DNA of 61,548 nucleotides from Coriobacteriia bacterium (GCA_031292615.1 JARLGT010000021.1:1-61548), one strand, 5' to 3'. Positions 18,133-27,896 are shown, counted from the first letter of the stretch. Program-made: numbers and translations. The notes: generated by a model from the sequence alone, not told the origin.

Positions 18133-19181
18133 TTTGCCCTCGCTACGACGCTGCCGACGAAGAACATCGCGAAGCCAAGCCCCGCGAGAATGCCCGTGAC
18201 GATCCAGAACCGCACCATGACCTTGGTCTCCGACCACCCGAGCATCTCGAAGTGGTGATGGAGCGGCGCCATGCGGAAGATGCGCTTGCCGGTCAGTTTG
18301 AACGAACCGACCTGCAAGATGACCGAGAGTGTCTCGGCGACATAGATGCCACCGATGATGACGAGGTACAGCTCGGCCTTCGTGATGATAGCCAGCGCCG
18401 CAATGACTGCGCCCAGCCCCAGCGAACCGGTGTCGCCCATGAAGATGTCGGCTGGATAGCTGTTGTACCAGAGGAAGCCGATGCAAGCGCCAGCGACGGC
18501 CGCGCCGAGTAGTGCCGTGGGTAGCGCGTTTTGGCGAAACGCGATGGCGGCGTAGGCGAGCGTGACGATCGTGACGGTGCCGGCGGCCAGTCCGTCGAGT
18601 CCATCGGTGAGGTTCACCGCGTTGCTCATGCCGGTGACCATGATGTAGACGAGGAGCAGGTAGAACCACGGTATGACGATGGTCATGCCGCCGATGGGAA
18701 TCGTCGTGGCGAGCTCGCCAAGGTCTATCCGGTAGGTCGTGAGCGGAATCTGCACCCAGGTCGAGAGCTGTGCCCAGTTCACGACGAACAGCCCGAACGC
18801 GACCGAGATCACTCCCTGCCAGAAGAGTTTGGCGCGGGGGCGCAGCCCGAGCGAGCGCTCGTGACTGACCTTCGACCAGTCGTCAATGAAGCCCAGCGTC
18901 CCGCAGCCCAGCATCGTTGCAAGTGCCAGAATCGACAGCGGGGTTGCCTTCGCCAAGAGCAGGTAAGCAGCGGTGACGACCAGCAGGATGAGCACGCCAC
19001 CCATTGTCGGCGTACCTTGCTTGACCAGATGCCCTTGCGGACCATCGGCGCGAACCTGCTGCCCGATGTTGCGCACGCGCAGCAGTCGGATCCAGAAGGG
19101 GAACAACGCCGCAGTTCCCAACATCGCGACTACTACTGCGAGAAAGACCGTGTATGTCGGATACCTCGAGATGTCGATCAT
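18129..19181 (-). CDS. mraY: phospho-N-acetylmuramoyl-pentapeptide transferase
   Basis: A ten-TM protein with DD, NxxNxxDGxDGL (NAVNLTDGLDGLA) and the HHHFE motif. Confidence 0.95.
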   Translation of the reverse strand: MIDISRYPTYTVFLAVVVAMLGTAALFPFWIRLLRVRNIGQQVRADGPQGHLVKQGTPTMGGVLILLVVTAAYLLLAKATPLSILALATMLGCGTLGFIDDWSKVSHERSLGLRPRAKLFWQGVISVAFGLFVVNWAQLSTWVQIPLTTYRIDLGELATTIPIGGMTIVIPWFYLLLVYIMVTGMSNAVNLTDGLDGLAAGTVTIVTLAYAAIAFRQNALPTALLGAAVAGACIGFLWYNSYPADIFMGDTGSLGLGAVIAALAIITKAELYLVIIGGIYVAETLSVILQVGSFKLTGKRIFRMAPLHHHFEMLGWSETKVMVRFWIVTGILAGLGFAMFFVGSVVARAK

Positions 19182-20587
19182 CGCAGTGCCACCATCCTAT
19201 CCACTACGACCTCGAGACCCATAACCCGTGAAGCCTTGACCAACACGATGTCGCCGGTTTCGGCCAGCGAACCGAGCGCCTCGGCAGCAGACTCGGCGTC
19301 CTCGGTCACGCGTACGTGCTGCGTGCTCATGCCGTGGGCCAAGGCGCCTTCGGCGATCCGATGTGCACGAACACCAACCGTCACCAGCTCGTCGATTCCG
19401 AGCCGCGCCACAGCCTCGCCGATGCGGAAGTGAGCCAGCTCGGTAAGCGACCCAAGCTCTGCCATGTCGCCGAGGACCGCGATCCGCCGGCCGCCCGCGA
19501 CCATCGCCGCGAGCGTATCGACCGCAGCACGCATCGACGCGGGATTCGCATTGTACGCGTCGTTGACAAGAGTCAGACCGCTGGCCGTGTTGATGACCTG
19601 CATTCGCATGGCCGACATGTCGGCTGTTGCGAGTTTCTCGGCTATTAGCTCGGGGGCGATCCCGAGCTGGAGCGCAACCGCCGCGGCGGCCAGCGCGTTG
19701 TAGACGTTGTGACGGCCGGGGACGGGCAGGCTTACCTGCGCTGCACCCGCCGGGCTAAGCAGGGTGAAGGCGGCCCGGCTCTCGGCATCCAGCTCGATGT
19801 CGGTGGCGCGCACTACGCACGCCTCGCTCAGGCCGTAGAGCGTAACAGTCGCGGCCGTGGTGCCTGCGATGCGCGCGGAGTACTCGTCGTCGCCGTTGAG
19901 GAACGCCACGCCGGTTGCTGGCAGGCAGCGAACCAACTCGCCCTTGGCCTCGGCGACAGCGTCTTGGCTGCCAAGCAGCTCGATGTGGCTCGTCCCCACA
20001 TTGGTAAGCAGGCCCAACGTCGGGCGCGCGATCTGGCACAGAGAGGCGATCTGCCCCATTCCGCGCATGCCCATCTCGACCACGAGCACCTCGGTATCGG
20101 CGTTGGCCGCCAGTACCGTTAGCGGAACTCCGAGTTCGTTGTTGCGGTTGCCCTGCGTCCCGACCGTGCGCTTGCCGGCGGAAAGCACGGCCATCACGAA
20201 GTCCTTGGTGCTCGTCTTGCCCGTGGAACCGGTGATTCCGAGCACCTCGCAGTGCAGGCGCGACCGGTGATAGCTCGCAAGTGCCTGAATCGCGAGCAGC
20301 GTATCGTCGACGCGCAGGACCGCGACATCGCGGCGCTTCGCAACGTCGACCAGCTCAACAACCTGTTCGGCGGTTCTTGACACGATGATGAGCTTGGCAC
20401 CTGCGTCGATGGCCGACAGCACGAAGTCGTGGCCGTCGGTCCGCTCGCCCGGGAGTGCGACGAAGATGCAGCCTGGACGTATGCATCGCGAGTCGATACA
20501 GACGTCGCTGACCACCTTTGACAGGGAGCCTGAGAGCAACTCGCCGCCGGTCGCCGAGACAACGATGTCGACAGAGGCCGTCAGCAT
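19178..20587 (-). CDS. murF: UDP-MurNAc-tripeptide--D-Ala-D-Ala ligase
   Basis: Mur ligase domains are present (GITGSTGKTSTKD). It has an ATGA overlap with mraY and a 7-nt overlap with murE. Confidence 0.9.
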   Translation of the reverse strand: MLTASVDIVVSATGGELLSGSLSKVVSDVCIDSRCIRPGCIFVALPGERTDGHDFVLSAIDAGAKLIIVSRTAEQVVELVDVAKRRDVAVLRVDDTLLAIQALASYHRSRLHCEVLGITGSTGKTSTKDFVMAVLSAGKRTVGTQGNRNNELGVPLTVLAANADTEVLVVEMGMRGMGQIASLCQIARPTLGLLTNVGTSHIELLGSQDAVAEAKGELVRCLPATGVAFLNGDDEYSARIAGTTAATVTLYGLSEACVVRATDIELDAESRAAFTLLSPAGAAQVSLPVPGRHNVYNALAAAAVALQLGIAPELIAEKLATADMSAMRMQVINTASGLTLVNDAYNANPASMRAAVDTLAAMVAGGRRIAVLGDMAELGSLTELAHFRIGEAVARLGIDELVTVGVRAHRIAEGALAHGMSTQHVRVTEDAESAAEALGSLAETGDIVLVKASRVMGLEVVVDRMVALR

Positions 20588-22032
20588 CCGCCGAGCTCCT
20601 CGCGAGCGACTTCGCGGTCGTCGAAGTGAACAGTGCGGTCCGCGAAGATCTGGTAGTCCTCGTGGCCCTTCCCGGCGATCAGGACGCAGTCTCCGGGTTT
20701 GGCTAGCTCGATGGCGCGGGCAATCGCGGTTCGCCGGTCAACCTCCACCTCGTAGACAGCTGCACTCTGCTTCACGCCATCTTCCACCTGCAAGATGATG
20801 CCGACAGGATCCTCCGAACGCGGGTTGTCGCTCGTCACAATGACGATGTCGGCGTTGTCCCCTGCCGCGCGTCCCATGATGGGACGCTTCTCCGGATCGC
20901 GATCGCCTCCGCAGCCGAACACGACGATCACCCGGCCCGGAGTTACCGCGGCAACCGCGCGCGTCGCCTTCTCCAGCGAGTCTGGCGTGTGTGCGTAGTC
21001 GACCACGACCGCGAACTCCTGACCGCAGTCGATCCGCTCGAGCCGACCGGGCACCTGCGGAGCATGCTCCAGGCCATCGACAAGAGAGTCCAGGTCGATG
21101 CCAACGGCAAGCGCACAACCGGCAGCGACCAAGGCGTTGCTGACGTTGAAGGCGCCCGCAAGCGGGAGATGCACGACCCGTGCGCCCTGAGGCGTTACGA
21201 GCGTGAAGACCGAGCCGGTCGAGCCGAGCTCAACGTTGTCCGCGCGCACCGCAGCTGCCTGCGAGCGGCCCACGCTCAGCACGCCCTCGATCTCGCGCGC
21301 CATGTCCTCGCCGAGCGGATCGTCTACGTTGACGACACGTGCGGCCACCTCAAAGTCGGTGAACAGCCTGCGCTTCACCGAGAAGTACTCTTCCAGCGTG
21401 TGATGGTAGTCGAGATGATCCTGCGTGAGATTGGTAAACGCCGCGACGGCGAATCGCACACCGTCGATGCGGTGCAGGTCGATGGCGTGACTTGAGACCT
21501 CCATCGCCACTGCCGAGACGCCCTCGTCGCGCATCTGCGCGAGCAACGCTTGTAGGTCGCTGGACTCTGGCGTGGTGCGCGATGCGGGCATGCGCTCGTC
21601 ACCCAGACGCGTCTCCACGGTGCCGATCACACCTGTCTTGTGTCCGGCTCGGCGAAGGATCGCGTCGATCAGGTACGTGGTGGTGGTCTTGCCGTTGGTG
21701 CCGGTCAGCCCGATAACCTGCATCGATGCGCTCGGGTCGCCGTAGAACCTCGCGCCGCCCAGCGCGAGTGCTACTCGAGCGTTCGCGACCAGGAACTGCG
21801 CGACATCGATGCCCGGCAGCTCCCGCTCGACCACAAGCGCGACTGCGCCACGGGCCACAGCGTCCGCAGCGAAGTCGTGCCCGTCGTGGGCGAATCCTGG
21901 TATGCAGAAGAAGGCATCGCCGGGGGTCGCCAGGTTGGAGCGGTACGTGACTCCGGAAACGACAACGTCGGCCGGGCCCAGTGGCCTCGCGCCGACGCCT
22001 TCAAGCAGGCGTGTCATTGCTATCTCAGTCAC
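20581..22032 (-). CDS. murE: UDP-MurNAc-L-Ala-D-Glu--2,6-diaminopimelate/lysine ligase
   Basis: GLTGTNGKTTTTYL and DNPR motifs are present. Confidence 0.9.
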   Translation of the reverse strand: MTEIAMTRLLEGVGARPLGPADVVVSGVTYRSNLATPGDAFFCIPGFAHDGHDFAADAVARGAVALVVERELPGIDVAQFLVANARVALALGGARFYGDPSASMQVIGLTGTNGKTTTTYLIDAILRRAGHKTGVIGTVETRLGDERMPASRTTPESSDLQALLAQMRDEGVSAVAMEVSSHAIDLHRIDGVRFAVAAFTNLTQDHLDYHHTLEEYFSVKRRLFTDFEVAARVVNVDDPLGEDMAREIEGVLSVGRSQAAAVRADNVELGSTGSVFTLVTPQGARVVHLPLAGAFNVSNALVAAGCALAVGIDLDSLVDGLEHAPQVPGRLERIDCGQEFAVVVDYAHTPDSLEKATRAVAAVTPGRVIVVFGCGGDRDPEKRPIMGRAAGDNADIVIVTSDNPRSEDPVGIILQVEDGVKQSAAVYEVEVDRRTAIARAIELAKPGDCVLIAGKGHEDYQIFADRTVHFDDREVAREELGGC

Positions 22033-22072
22033 GCTCTGTCCACCACATCAGCCGCCGATTCTACCATGGTTG

Positions 22073-23944
22073 TCACTGATTCTTGCCCGCATCGTCTGCG
22101 GAGCTGGCGCCGCCGCCGGTCGAGGAGTCGTCGGACTTTGGCTTGCTGGATCCGCTCTTCGCGGCCGCCGCCTTCTTGGTCGTCGTCGCCAACTTCGCCG
22201 GGACGCTCGGTGCGTCCACCCCCAGAATCGGCGTGCCACTGGTAACCACGCTCTGCGCGCTTGTCGGCGGGATCTTGAGGTGGTCGCAGCAGAACGCCGC
22301 CAGCGAAGAGAACGACGGCGCCGCAACCGTTCCACCAAAGATCGCGTTGCTCGGCTCGTCGAGTTTGACCTCAATGAGAAGCTGCGGGTTGTCGGCGGGC
22401 AGGTAGCCGATGAACGACGAGATGTACTTGTCCTTGGCGTAGCCAAGGCCATTGGGCAGCGCCACCTGCGCCGTGCCGGTCTTACCGGCGACAACGTAGC
22501 CGGGAACTGCAGCAGCCTTGCCGGTTCCTTCGGTGACGACATGCTTGAGTATGTTGGTCGTCGTCACCGCCGTCTGATGCGAGCACGCCACTCGAGTCGG
22601 CCAGACCGGCTTCAGCGCAGGATCCTGCGGCACGTCGAGTAGGAAGTGCGGAGTGATCAGCGTTCCGCCGTTCGCGATCGCCGAGACCGCCCGAGCAAGC
22701 TGCAGTGGTGTCACGGACAGACCTTGGCCAAATGAGATGCTGGCGACCGACCCGTTCTGCCACCTCGCGGGCGCGGGCAACCAGCCCTTGGCCTCGCCGG
22801 GGAAGTCGACGCCCGTCGCCTCAGTCAGACCGAATCGCTGAAACGAGTCGTACAGGCCCTGCTTGCCCAGCTTCATGCCCATCTTCGCCGCACCGATGTT
22901 GGATGAGTTGGTCACGATCTGCGTGAGCGACCAGTCCACCGTGCCGCGGCCCTCGGCGTCGTGGATGGTGAAGCCGGCAACCTTGAGACTGGTCGGCAGG
23001 TGGAACATCGAGTTCGGCGTGAAGATCCCGGCGCCAATGACCGATGCGGCCGTAATGGACTTGATCGTCGAGCCAGGCTCGTACGCGTCCTGGATCGGCC
23101 GACTCCGAAAGCCCTTGGGGTCGGCCTTCTGGTAGTTGTTGGGGTCGAATCCAGGCGTCGAAGTCATGGCGTAGATCTCGCCGTCCTGGGGGTTCATGAT
23201 CGTGACCGAGCCGCCCGACGCGCCCCATTTCTTGATGGCGGCCGCAAGCTCGACCTGGGCGTGGTCCTGGATGTCCTTGTCGATCGTCAGTACGATATCG
23301 TGCCCATCGACCGGGTCGACGTTCTTCTGAACGCCTCCTGGAATCGGCCTGCCATAAGGATCCCGTTCGCCCAGAAGGACGCCCGGCTTTCCGGCGAGCA
23401 CCGAGTCGTAACGCTTTTCGATGCCAGCCAGACCCGTACCATCGATGCCCATGAAGCCGAGGGTCTGCGCGGCGAGATCACCCGAGGGGTAGACACGCTT
23501 GGAGTCCTCCAACAGGCCAATGCCTTCGAGTTTGAGCGCCTCGAGTTTGTCCGCCTTGTCCATGTCGATCTGTCGGGCGATGTAGACAAAGCCCGTGTTC
23601 TTGGACAGCTTGTCCTCGTAGTACGCCGGGGTGCCACCCAGCACCGAGGCCAGTGAATGGGCCGTAGCCGACTTGTCCTTGACGGTGTTGGGAGCGGCGT
23701 AGACCGTGCGAGCGGCGACGCTTCGTGCGAGCGCCTCACCTTCGCGGTCGTAGATCGTCCCGCGAAGTGCCGGCAACTGGATGTCGCGCATCCGCTGCGC
23801 CGTCGCCTTCGCGGCGTAGGTCGGCGCGGCGATGACCTGCACGAAGATGAGCCGAGCCACCAGGACCAAGAACAGTGAACTGAGGACGACGAGAAGGAAT
23901 GCGAAGCGACCGCTTCCTGACGACCGCATGCGGCGCTGCGCCAC
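22073..23944 (-). CDS. ftsI: class B penicillin-binding protein, division-specific transpeptidase
   Basis: An N-terminal TM anchor and dimerisation domain are followed by the transpeptidase motifs STIKS, SSN and KTGT. The C-terminal tail is low-complexity and Lys/Ser-rich. Confidence 0.9.
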   Translation of the reverse strand: MAQRRMRSSGSGRFAFLLVVLSSLFLVLVARLIFVQVIAAPTYAAKATAQRMRDIQLPALRGTIYDREGEALARSVAARTVYAAPNTVKDKSATAHSLASVLGGTPAYYEDKLSKNTGFVYIARQIDMDKADKLEALKLEGIGLLEDSKRVYPSGDLAAQTLGFMGIDGTGLAGIEKRYDSVLAGKPGVLLGERDPYGRPIPGGVQKNVDPVDGHDIVLTIDKDIQDHAQVELAAAIKKWGASGGSVTIMNPQDGEIYAMTSTPGFDPNNYQKADPKGFRSRPIQDAYEPGSTIKSITAASVIGAGIFTPNSMFHLPTSLKVAGFTIHDAEGRGTVDWSLTQIVTNSSNIGAAKMGMKLGKQGLYDSFQRFGLTEATGVDFPGEAKGWLPAPARWQNGSVASISFGQGLSVTPLQLARAVSAIANGGTLITPHFLLDVPQDPALKPVWPTRVACSHQTAVTTTNILKHVVTEGTGKAAAVPGYVVAGKTGTAQVALPNGLGYAKDKYISSFIGYLPADNPQLLIEVKLDEPSNAIFGGTVAAPSFSSLAAFCCDHLKIPPTSAQSVVTSGTPILGVDAPSVPAKLATTTKKAAAAKSGSSKPKSDDSSTGGGASSADDAGKNQ

Positions 23945-23963
23945 GCTACCTCCTATCCGTTCC

Positions 23964-24512
23964 TCACTTCGATGACGTTAGCCCGGCATCGCCGACGAGA
24001 AGCATGCGAGCCTCCACCGCGACCATGCCGACGAGATTGTGAAGTACAGCCTGCTGAGCAGGCGATGCGCTCGGCGCTGGAGCCTCGGCGATCTGGGCCG
24101 TACCTGCGGGACCGGGCTCCAGCCTCATGTAGGTGACCGATGTGGCCGGCGCCATGCCCATGGTACCGACAGCTTCGGCCTGGATGCGCGAGGGTGTTGC
24201 CAAAGCGCTTTCTTGGATCTCGAGCATGTCGCCTTCGTAGCGGGCGGTCTTGATCGCGGTCTGTAGCTTGCCGCAGTCAATCGAGGCCTGCGCCGCCTGG
24301 ACCGACAGCCAAACTCGGCCGGCGCCAAGGACGGCCGCGACTGCAACGATGACGGCAAAGAACACGAAAGCTTGGCGCGCCGCGGCATGCGAGGTCGCCG
24401 CATGGCGCTTGGGCTTGGCCTTCTGGCTACGAGCGGGTGCATCTTGGACGACACGGAGGTGAGGCCGACGGGCAGCCGGGCCCGGCTCTTGCTTGAGCGC
24501 TGGCAGTCCCAT
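23964..24512 (-). CDS. ftsL: FtsL-like bitopic division protein
   Basis: A single TM segment (FVFFAVIVAVAAVLGA) is followed by a short coiled region. Its position between rsmH and ftsI supports the call. Confidence 0.6.
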   Translation of the reverse strand: MGLPALKQEPGPAARRPHLRVVQDAPARSQKAKPKRHAATSHAAARQAFVFFAVIVAVAAVLGAGRVWLSVQAAQASIDCGKLQTAIKTARYEGDMLEIQESALATPSRIQAEAVGTMGMAPATSVTYMRLEPGPAGTAQIAEAPAPSASPAQQAVLHNLVGMVAVEARMLLVGDAGLTSSK

Positions 24513-24551
24513 CCTCGCCCACCTCCCCCTTCGTACGGCCCCTTGGGGCTC

Positions 24552-25508
24552 CTACAGTTTCTCGGCGACTCGCAGCTTGGCGCTGCGCGCGCGTGGATTC
24601 TCTTCTATCTCCTGAGGCGTGGGCAGGATGGCCCGGCGCGTCAGGTTGCGGAGTACCGGCTCGTGCCCGCACGTGCAGACCGGAAGGCCTGGCGGACAGG
24701 TGCACCCCTGCGAGAACTCGACAAACGTCTGCTTGGTAATGCGATCCTCAAGCGAGTGATAGCTGATGACCGCGATGCGTCCGCTCGGAGCAAGCCACCG
24801 AATGGCGGCATCCAGACCGGTCTTCAGAACGTCGAGTTCGTCGTTTATCTCGATGCGAAGCGCTTGGAACGTACGCTTGGCTGGGTGTCCGCCTTCTCGG
24901 CGGGCTGCAGCGGGAACGGCTGCCTTGATGACTTCGACGAGTTGCCTCGTGGTCTCAATCGGCTGGCGTGCTCGCTTCTCGCCGATGAAGGTGGCGATTC
25001 GTGCCGCCCACTTCTCTTCGCCAAAGTCACGGATGATCCGGGTGAGGTCGGCTACGTCATAGGTTGCGATGACCTCTGCTGCGGTTAGGGTCTGATGACC
25101 CGGATCCATCCGCATGTCCAGTGGAGCATCTTCGCGGTAGGAGAAACCGCGCTCCGGGAAGTCGAGTTGCGGTGAGCTGACGCCCAGGTCGAAGAGGAAT
25201 CCATCGACGTAGGGCACGCCTGCTTCCATAAGCAGGCTGTCCAGTTCCCCGAAGTTCCCTTTGAGCAACTTGATGCTCTCTGGAGGTATTTGCTGGCCGA
25301 GGCGGAGTGTGATTTCTGCTGCGGTGAGTGCTGCGTCATCTTGGTCGATCCCGACGAGTAGTCCGCCGGGTACCACGAGTTGTAGAAGCCGTTTCGCGTG
25401 TCCTGCCCCGCCTAAGGTACAGTCGACGATTATCGAACCGGGGTGCGGCGATAGTTGCTGCGTGACCTCGGCCAGCAAAACTGGGGTGTGCCGGTATTCC
25501 ATTTTCAA
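24552..25508 (-). CDS. rsmH: 16S rRNA (cytosine1402-N4)-methyltransferase RsmH (MraW)
   Basis: HTPVLLAEV...DCTLGGAGH is the SAM-MTase signature, with the C-terminal YHSLEDRI. Confidence 0.9.
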   Translation of the reverse strand: MKMEYRHTPVLLAEVTQQLSPHPGSIIVDCTLGGAGHAKRLLQLVVPGGLLVGIDQDDAALTAAEITLRLGQQIPPESIKLLKGNFGELDSLLMEAGVPYVDGFLFDLGVSSPQLDFPERGFSYREDAPLDMRMDPGHQTLTAAEVIATYDVADLTRIIRDFGEEKWAARIATFIGEKRARQPIETTRQLVEVIKAAVPAAARREGGHPAKRTFQALRIEINDELDVLKTGLDAAIRWLAPSGRIAVISYHSLEDRITKQTFVEFSQGCTCPPGLPVCTCGHEPVLRNLTRRAILPTPQEIEENPRARSAKLRVAEKL

Positions 25509-25511
25509 GCC

Positions 25512-25949
25512 CTAGAGCAGGCCGGCTGCGGCCAGCTCTTTCGCGAGGTCCTCGATCGACCCCTCTTCGTCACCGCTGTTGTACGCAGCCCAACGCTCCC
25601 CGTCCCAAAGCTCGAGACGGTTACCGTTGCCCGTGACGGCGACATCCTTCTTCAGTCCTGCGTACTCGCGCAGGACGGGCGGAAGCGAGATTCTCCCTGC
25701 CGAGTCGAGCTCGGCTTCGACCGCACCGGAGGTGAAGAACCGGCGGATGCGGCGACTTCTGGGATCGAAGTCTTCGCTGGCGAGCAGGCTCTCGACGAAG
25801 CGGTTGTACTCGTCGGCTGAGTAGACGTAGAGGCATCCCTCAAAACCTTTGGCGATGACCAACTTGCCAGTCATCTCGGCGCGGAACTTCGCGGGCAGGG
25901 AGATACGCCCCTTGGCGTCCAGCGTGTGCTGGTAGTCGCCGAGAAACAT
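25512..25949 (-). CDS. mraZ: transcriptional regulator MraZ
   Basis: MFLGDYQHTLDAKGRISLPAKFR and a second DxxxR repeat are present. The real start is the internal ATG at 25949; the track ORF to 26126 is an upstream extension. Confidence 0.9.
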   Translation of the reverse strand: MFLGDYQHTLDAKGRISLPAKFRAEMTGKLVIAKGFEGCLYVYSADEYNRFVESLLASEDFDPRSRRIRRFFTSGAVEAELDSAGRISLPPVLREYAGLKKDVAVTGNGNRLELWDGERWAAYNSGDEEGSIEDLAKELAAAGLL

Positions 25950-26009
25950 CCCTGACCCCCTCATCCCTCTCGCACCTCGGGACACCCCTCGTGAGGTCCC
26001 CGCTCTCGC

Positions 26010-26100
26010 AAGACGAACTCTATGACACTTCATCCCACATTGCAACACTCTCATGGGATTCCATACCACCGAAGCCCACCCGATGCCACGGTCGCCCACG
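26010..26100 (-). promoter_or_regulatory. dcw-cluster promoter with an MraZ-box array
   Basis: On the minus strand, five GTGG(G) units (plus-strand CCAC at 26036-39, 26066-69, 26076-79, 26086-89 and 26096-99) are phased exactly 10 bp apart. They flank the -35 TTGCAA (26040-45), which has a 17-bp spacer to the -10 TAGAGT (26017-22). Confidence 0.5.
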
Positions 26101-26325
26101 GGCACATGCGACCCTTGTGCTGCCAAGCGGTCGGAAGGTTTCCGGCGGGCGCGCGAACCAACGCATCCGCACTCGCGTCTTACTGCTCGAACGGCGTTCG
26201 TGGCGCCTCACCTTGACAGCGGAATCAGATGGGAGCGGCGCAGACAGAGGAGTCGTTTGCCGTGACGCGAATTCAACAGGTAGAATCGAAGCGATTCTTC
26301 TGGCGACACGGAGGTTACGGGTCAC

Positions 26326-26463
26326 ATGACATCCAACTGGGCTGCAGCCGTTGTAAACGTCCTAATCCTTGCGTTCTTCGTTGTTTGCGCCATCGGCGTA
26401 GGCCTCGGAGCCTACGCAGCCTCCGTCCTGAAGAAGGCGGAGGACGCCAAGCGGGAGGCGTAA
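26326..26463 (+). CDS. small hydrophobic protein (45 aa, one predicted TM)
   Basis: Sequence MTSNWAAAVVNVLILAFFVVCAIGVGLGAYAASVLKKAEDAKREA. GGAGG sits 11 nt upstream of the ATG. An upstream -35 TTGCCG has an 18-bp spacer to a -10 TAGAAT (26257-26286). A rho-independent terminator follows directly. Confidence 0.4.
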   Translation: MTSNWAAAVVNVLILAFFVVCAIGVGLGAYAASVLKKAEDAKREA

Positions 26464-26501
26464 GCGAGCAAGTCGCTTGATCCACCCACACGCTCTGCTG
26501 T

Positions 26502-26549
26502 GACCGGACGCCCCATTGCCGCTGTAGTGGGGCGTCCGTCGTTTTCTCG
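26502..26549 (+). terminator. rho-independent terminator
   Basis: The stem CGGACGCCCC (26505-14) pairs with GGGGCGTCCG (26529-38) around a 14-nt loop, and is followed by GTTTTCTCG. Confidence 0.5.
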
Positions 26550-26581
26550 AAACGTCCGCCGATTCGCGGAGGAGCGCGACC

Positions 26582-27625
26582 ATGAGAACACGACTCTCTT
26601 TGCTGAGCGTTTGCGCACTACTAGCCCTCGCGCTCCTGACGTCCACCGGTTGCTCCGGCGGTACGAGCAGTAGCTCAGAACAGACGTCCTCGTCTGGAGC
26701 GGCACTGAGCGCCGTCGCTCCTAGCGGCCAACCGGCAGCAGATACCGCCGGCCCGACGGGCGGAGCCAATGCGGGCAAGGGCACCTCGGCGTCGCCGGAT
26801 CGCCTTGTCATCACTACCGCCGCCATGAACGTCGGCGTTGACGACCTCTCGGCAGCGGTCGCCTCGATTCGAGCCCTCACTCAGCAAGCCGGTGGCTCGA
26901 TCTCCCAGCTGACCATCAGTGACAACTCAGAGTCGCCGGCGCCCGAGGCGTCCGCGGCGAACTCGTCGGGAACGCGCCTGACCGGACCGGCCAACGCGTC
27001 GCTCACTCTCAGGATTCCGGCCGCTAGTCTCCCCGCCGTGGAGACGAAGGTCGCTGCGCTCGGCAAGCTGGTCTCGCAGACCTCCAGCGAGTCCGACGTC
27101 ACGCAGCAGCACATCGACATGACGGCTCGGCTTGCGAACCTCCGTGCCGAGGAGACTCGGCTGCGGGCGCTACTCACGCGAGCGGGCACGGTGAGCGACC
27201 TGCTCTCGGTCGAGCGAGAGCTCTCGCGCGTTCGGGGTGACATCGAATCAATGCAGGCGCAGCTCGCCTATCTGGAGGGCCAAGCTGCGATGGCCACTCT
27301 GACTGTTACACTCGACCAGCCCGGTCCGGTAGTCAGACCTTCTGCGGGCGGCTGGGGACTCGTGGACGCAGTCACCACGGGCGTGCAGGGCGCCGCTGTG
27401 CTCGTGCGCGAAATCATCACGGCAATCATCGCCCTCTCCCCACTCATCGTCATCGGCGCTATCGTGTGGTGGCTGCTTGCACGCCGGGCGCGGAAGCATC
27501 GCACTCAGCGAGAAGCGCTCGCACAGCCCGCAGCCGCAGCGGGTACTCCGCTCGCCACCGATGTCCCACCGCGAAACCTAGAATCGCCCGACGTTCGCTC
27601 TGCCGACAACGCTCCCCCGACGTAG
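26582..27625 (+). CDS. DUF4349-domain lipoprotein
   Basis: A signal peptide plus lipobox (LLTSTGCSG) and a Ser/Thr/Ala-rich linker lead into a DUF4349-like core (LTLRIPAASL...ANLRAEETRLRALL...ERELSRVRGDIE). There is a C-terminal TM helix and a basic tail. The RBS is GGAGGAG. Confidence 0.75.
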   Translation: MRTRLSLLSVCALLALALLTSTGCSGGTSSSSEQTSSSGAALSAVAPSGQPAADTAGPTGGANAGKGTSASPDRLVITTAAMNVGVDDLSAAVASIRALTQQAGGSISQLTISDNSESPAPEASAANSSGTRLTGPANASLTLRIPAASLPAVETKVAALGKLVSQTSSESDVTQQHIDMTARLANLRAEETRLRALLTRAGTVSDLLSVERELSRVRGDIESMQAQLAYLEGQAAMATLTVTLDQPGPVVRPSAGGWGLVDAVTTGVQGAAVLVREIITAIIALSPLIVIGAIVWWLLARRARKHRTQREALAQPAAAAGTPLATDVPPRNLESPDVRSADNAPPT

Positions 27626-27635
27626 AGGACCGCCC

Positions 27636-27896
27636 GTGCTCCCTCGACCACGCTTCCGACTTCCACTGTGGGCCGCCGCGGCGATCGTAGCGGGTGCCTA
27701 TCTGGTTCGCGCTGTGATGCGCGGGATGGACTTCCGTCTCGACTGGCCGGCCGATGCGGTCGCCCTCGGGATGTTCGCGCTCGTGGTCGTCATGGTCGCC
27801 TACGTGCGCAACGTGCTCGGGGGCGACACCGCCGAGAAGGGCGATGCCGCGACTTCGCCGCACCCCGAGCACAGCGAAGGCCCGCCGGCGCCCTGA
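27636..27896 (+). CDS. small membrane protein with two TM segments (hypothetical)
   Basis: A GTG start with GAGGA upstream. It has two hydrophobic helices and a Pro/Glu-rich tail, and sits 10 nt after the DUF4349 gene. Confidence 0.4.
   Translation: MLPRPRFRLPLWAAAAIVAGAYLVRAVMRGMDFRLDWPADAVALGMFALVVVMVAYVRNVLGGDTAEKGDAATSPHPEHSEGPPAP

Noticed and set aside
25950-26325. CRISPR-like or mobile-element repeats in the largest non-coding region
   Set aside because: Only the short 10-bp phased GTGG units are present. There are no 25-40-bp direct repeats, and no transposase, integrase (other than the housekeeping xerD) or IS termini are present anywhere in the window.
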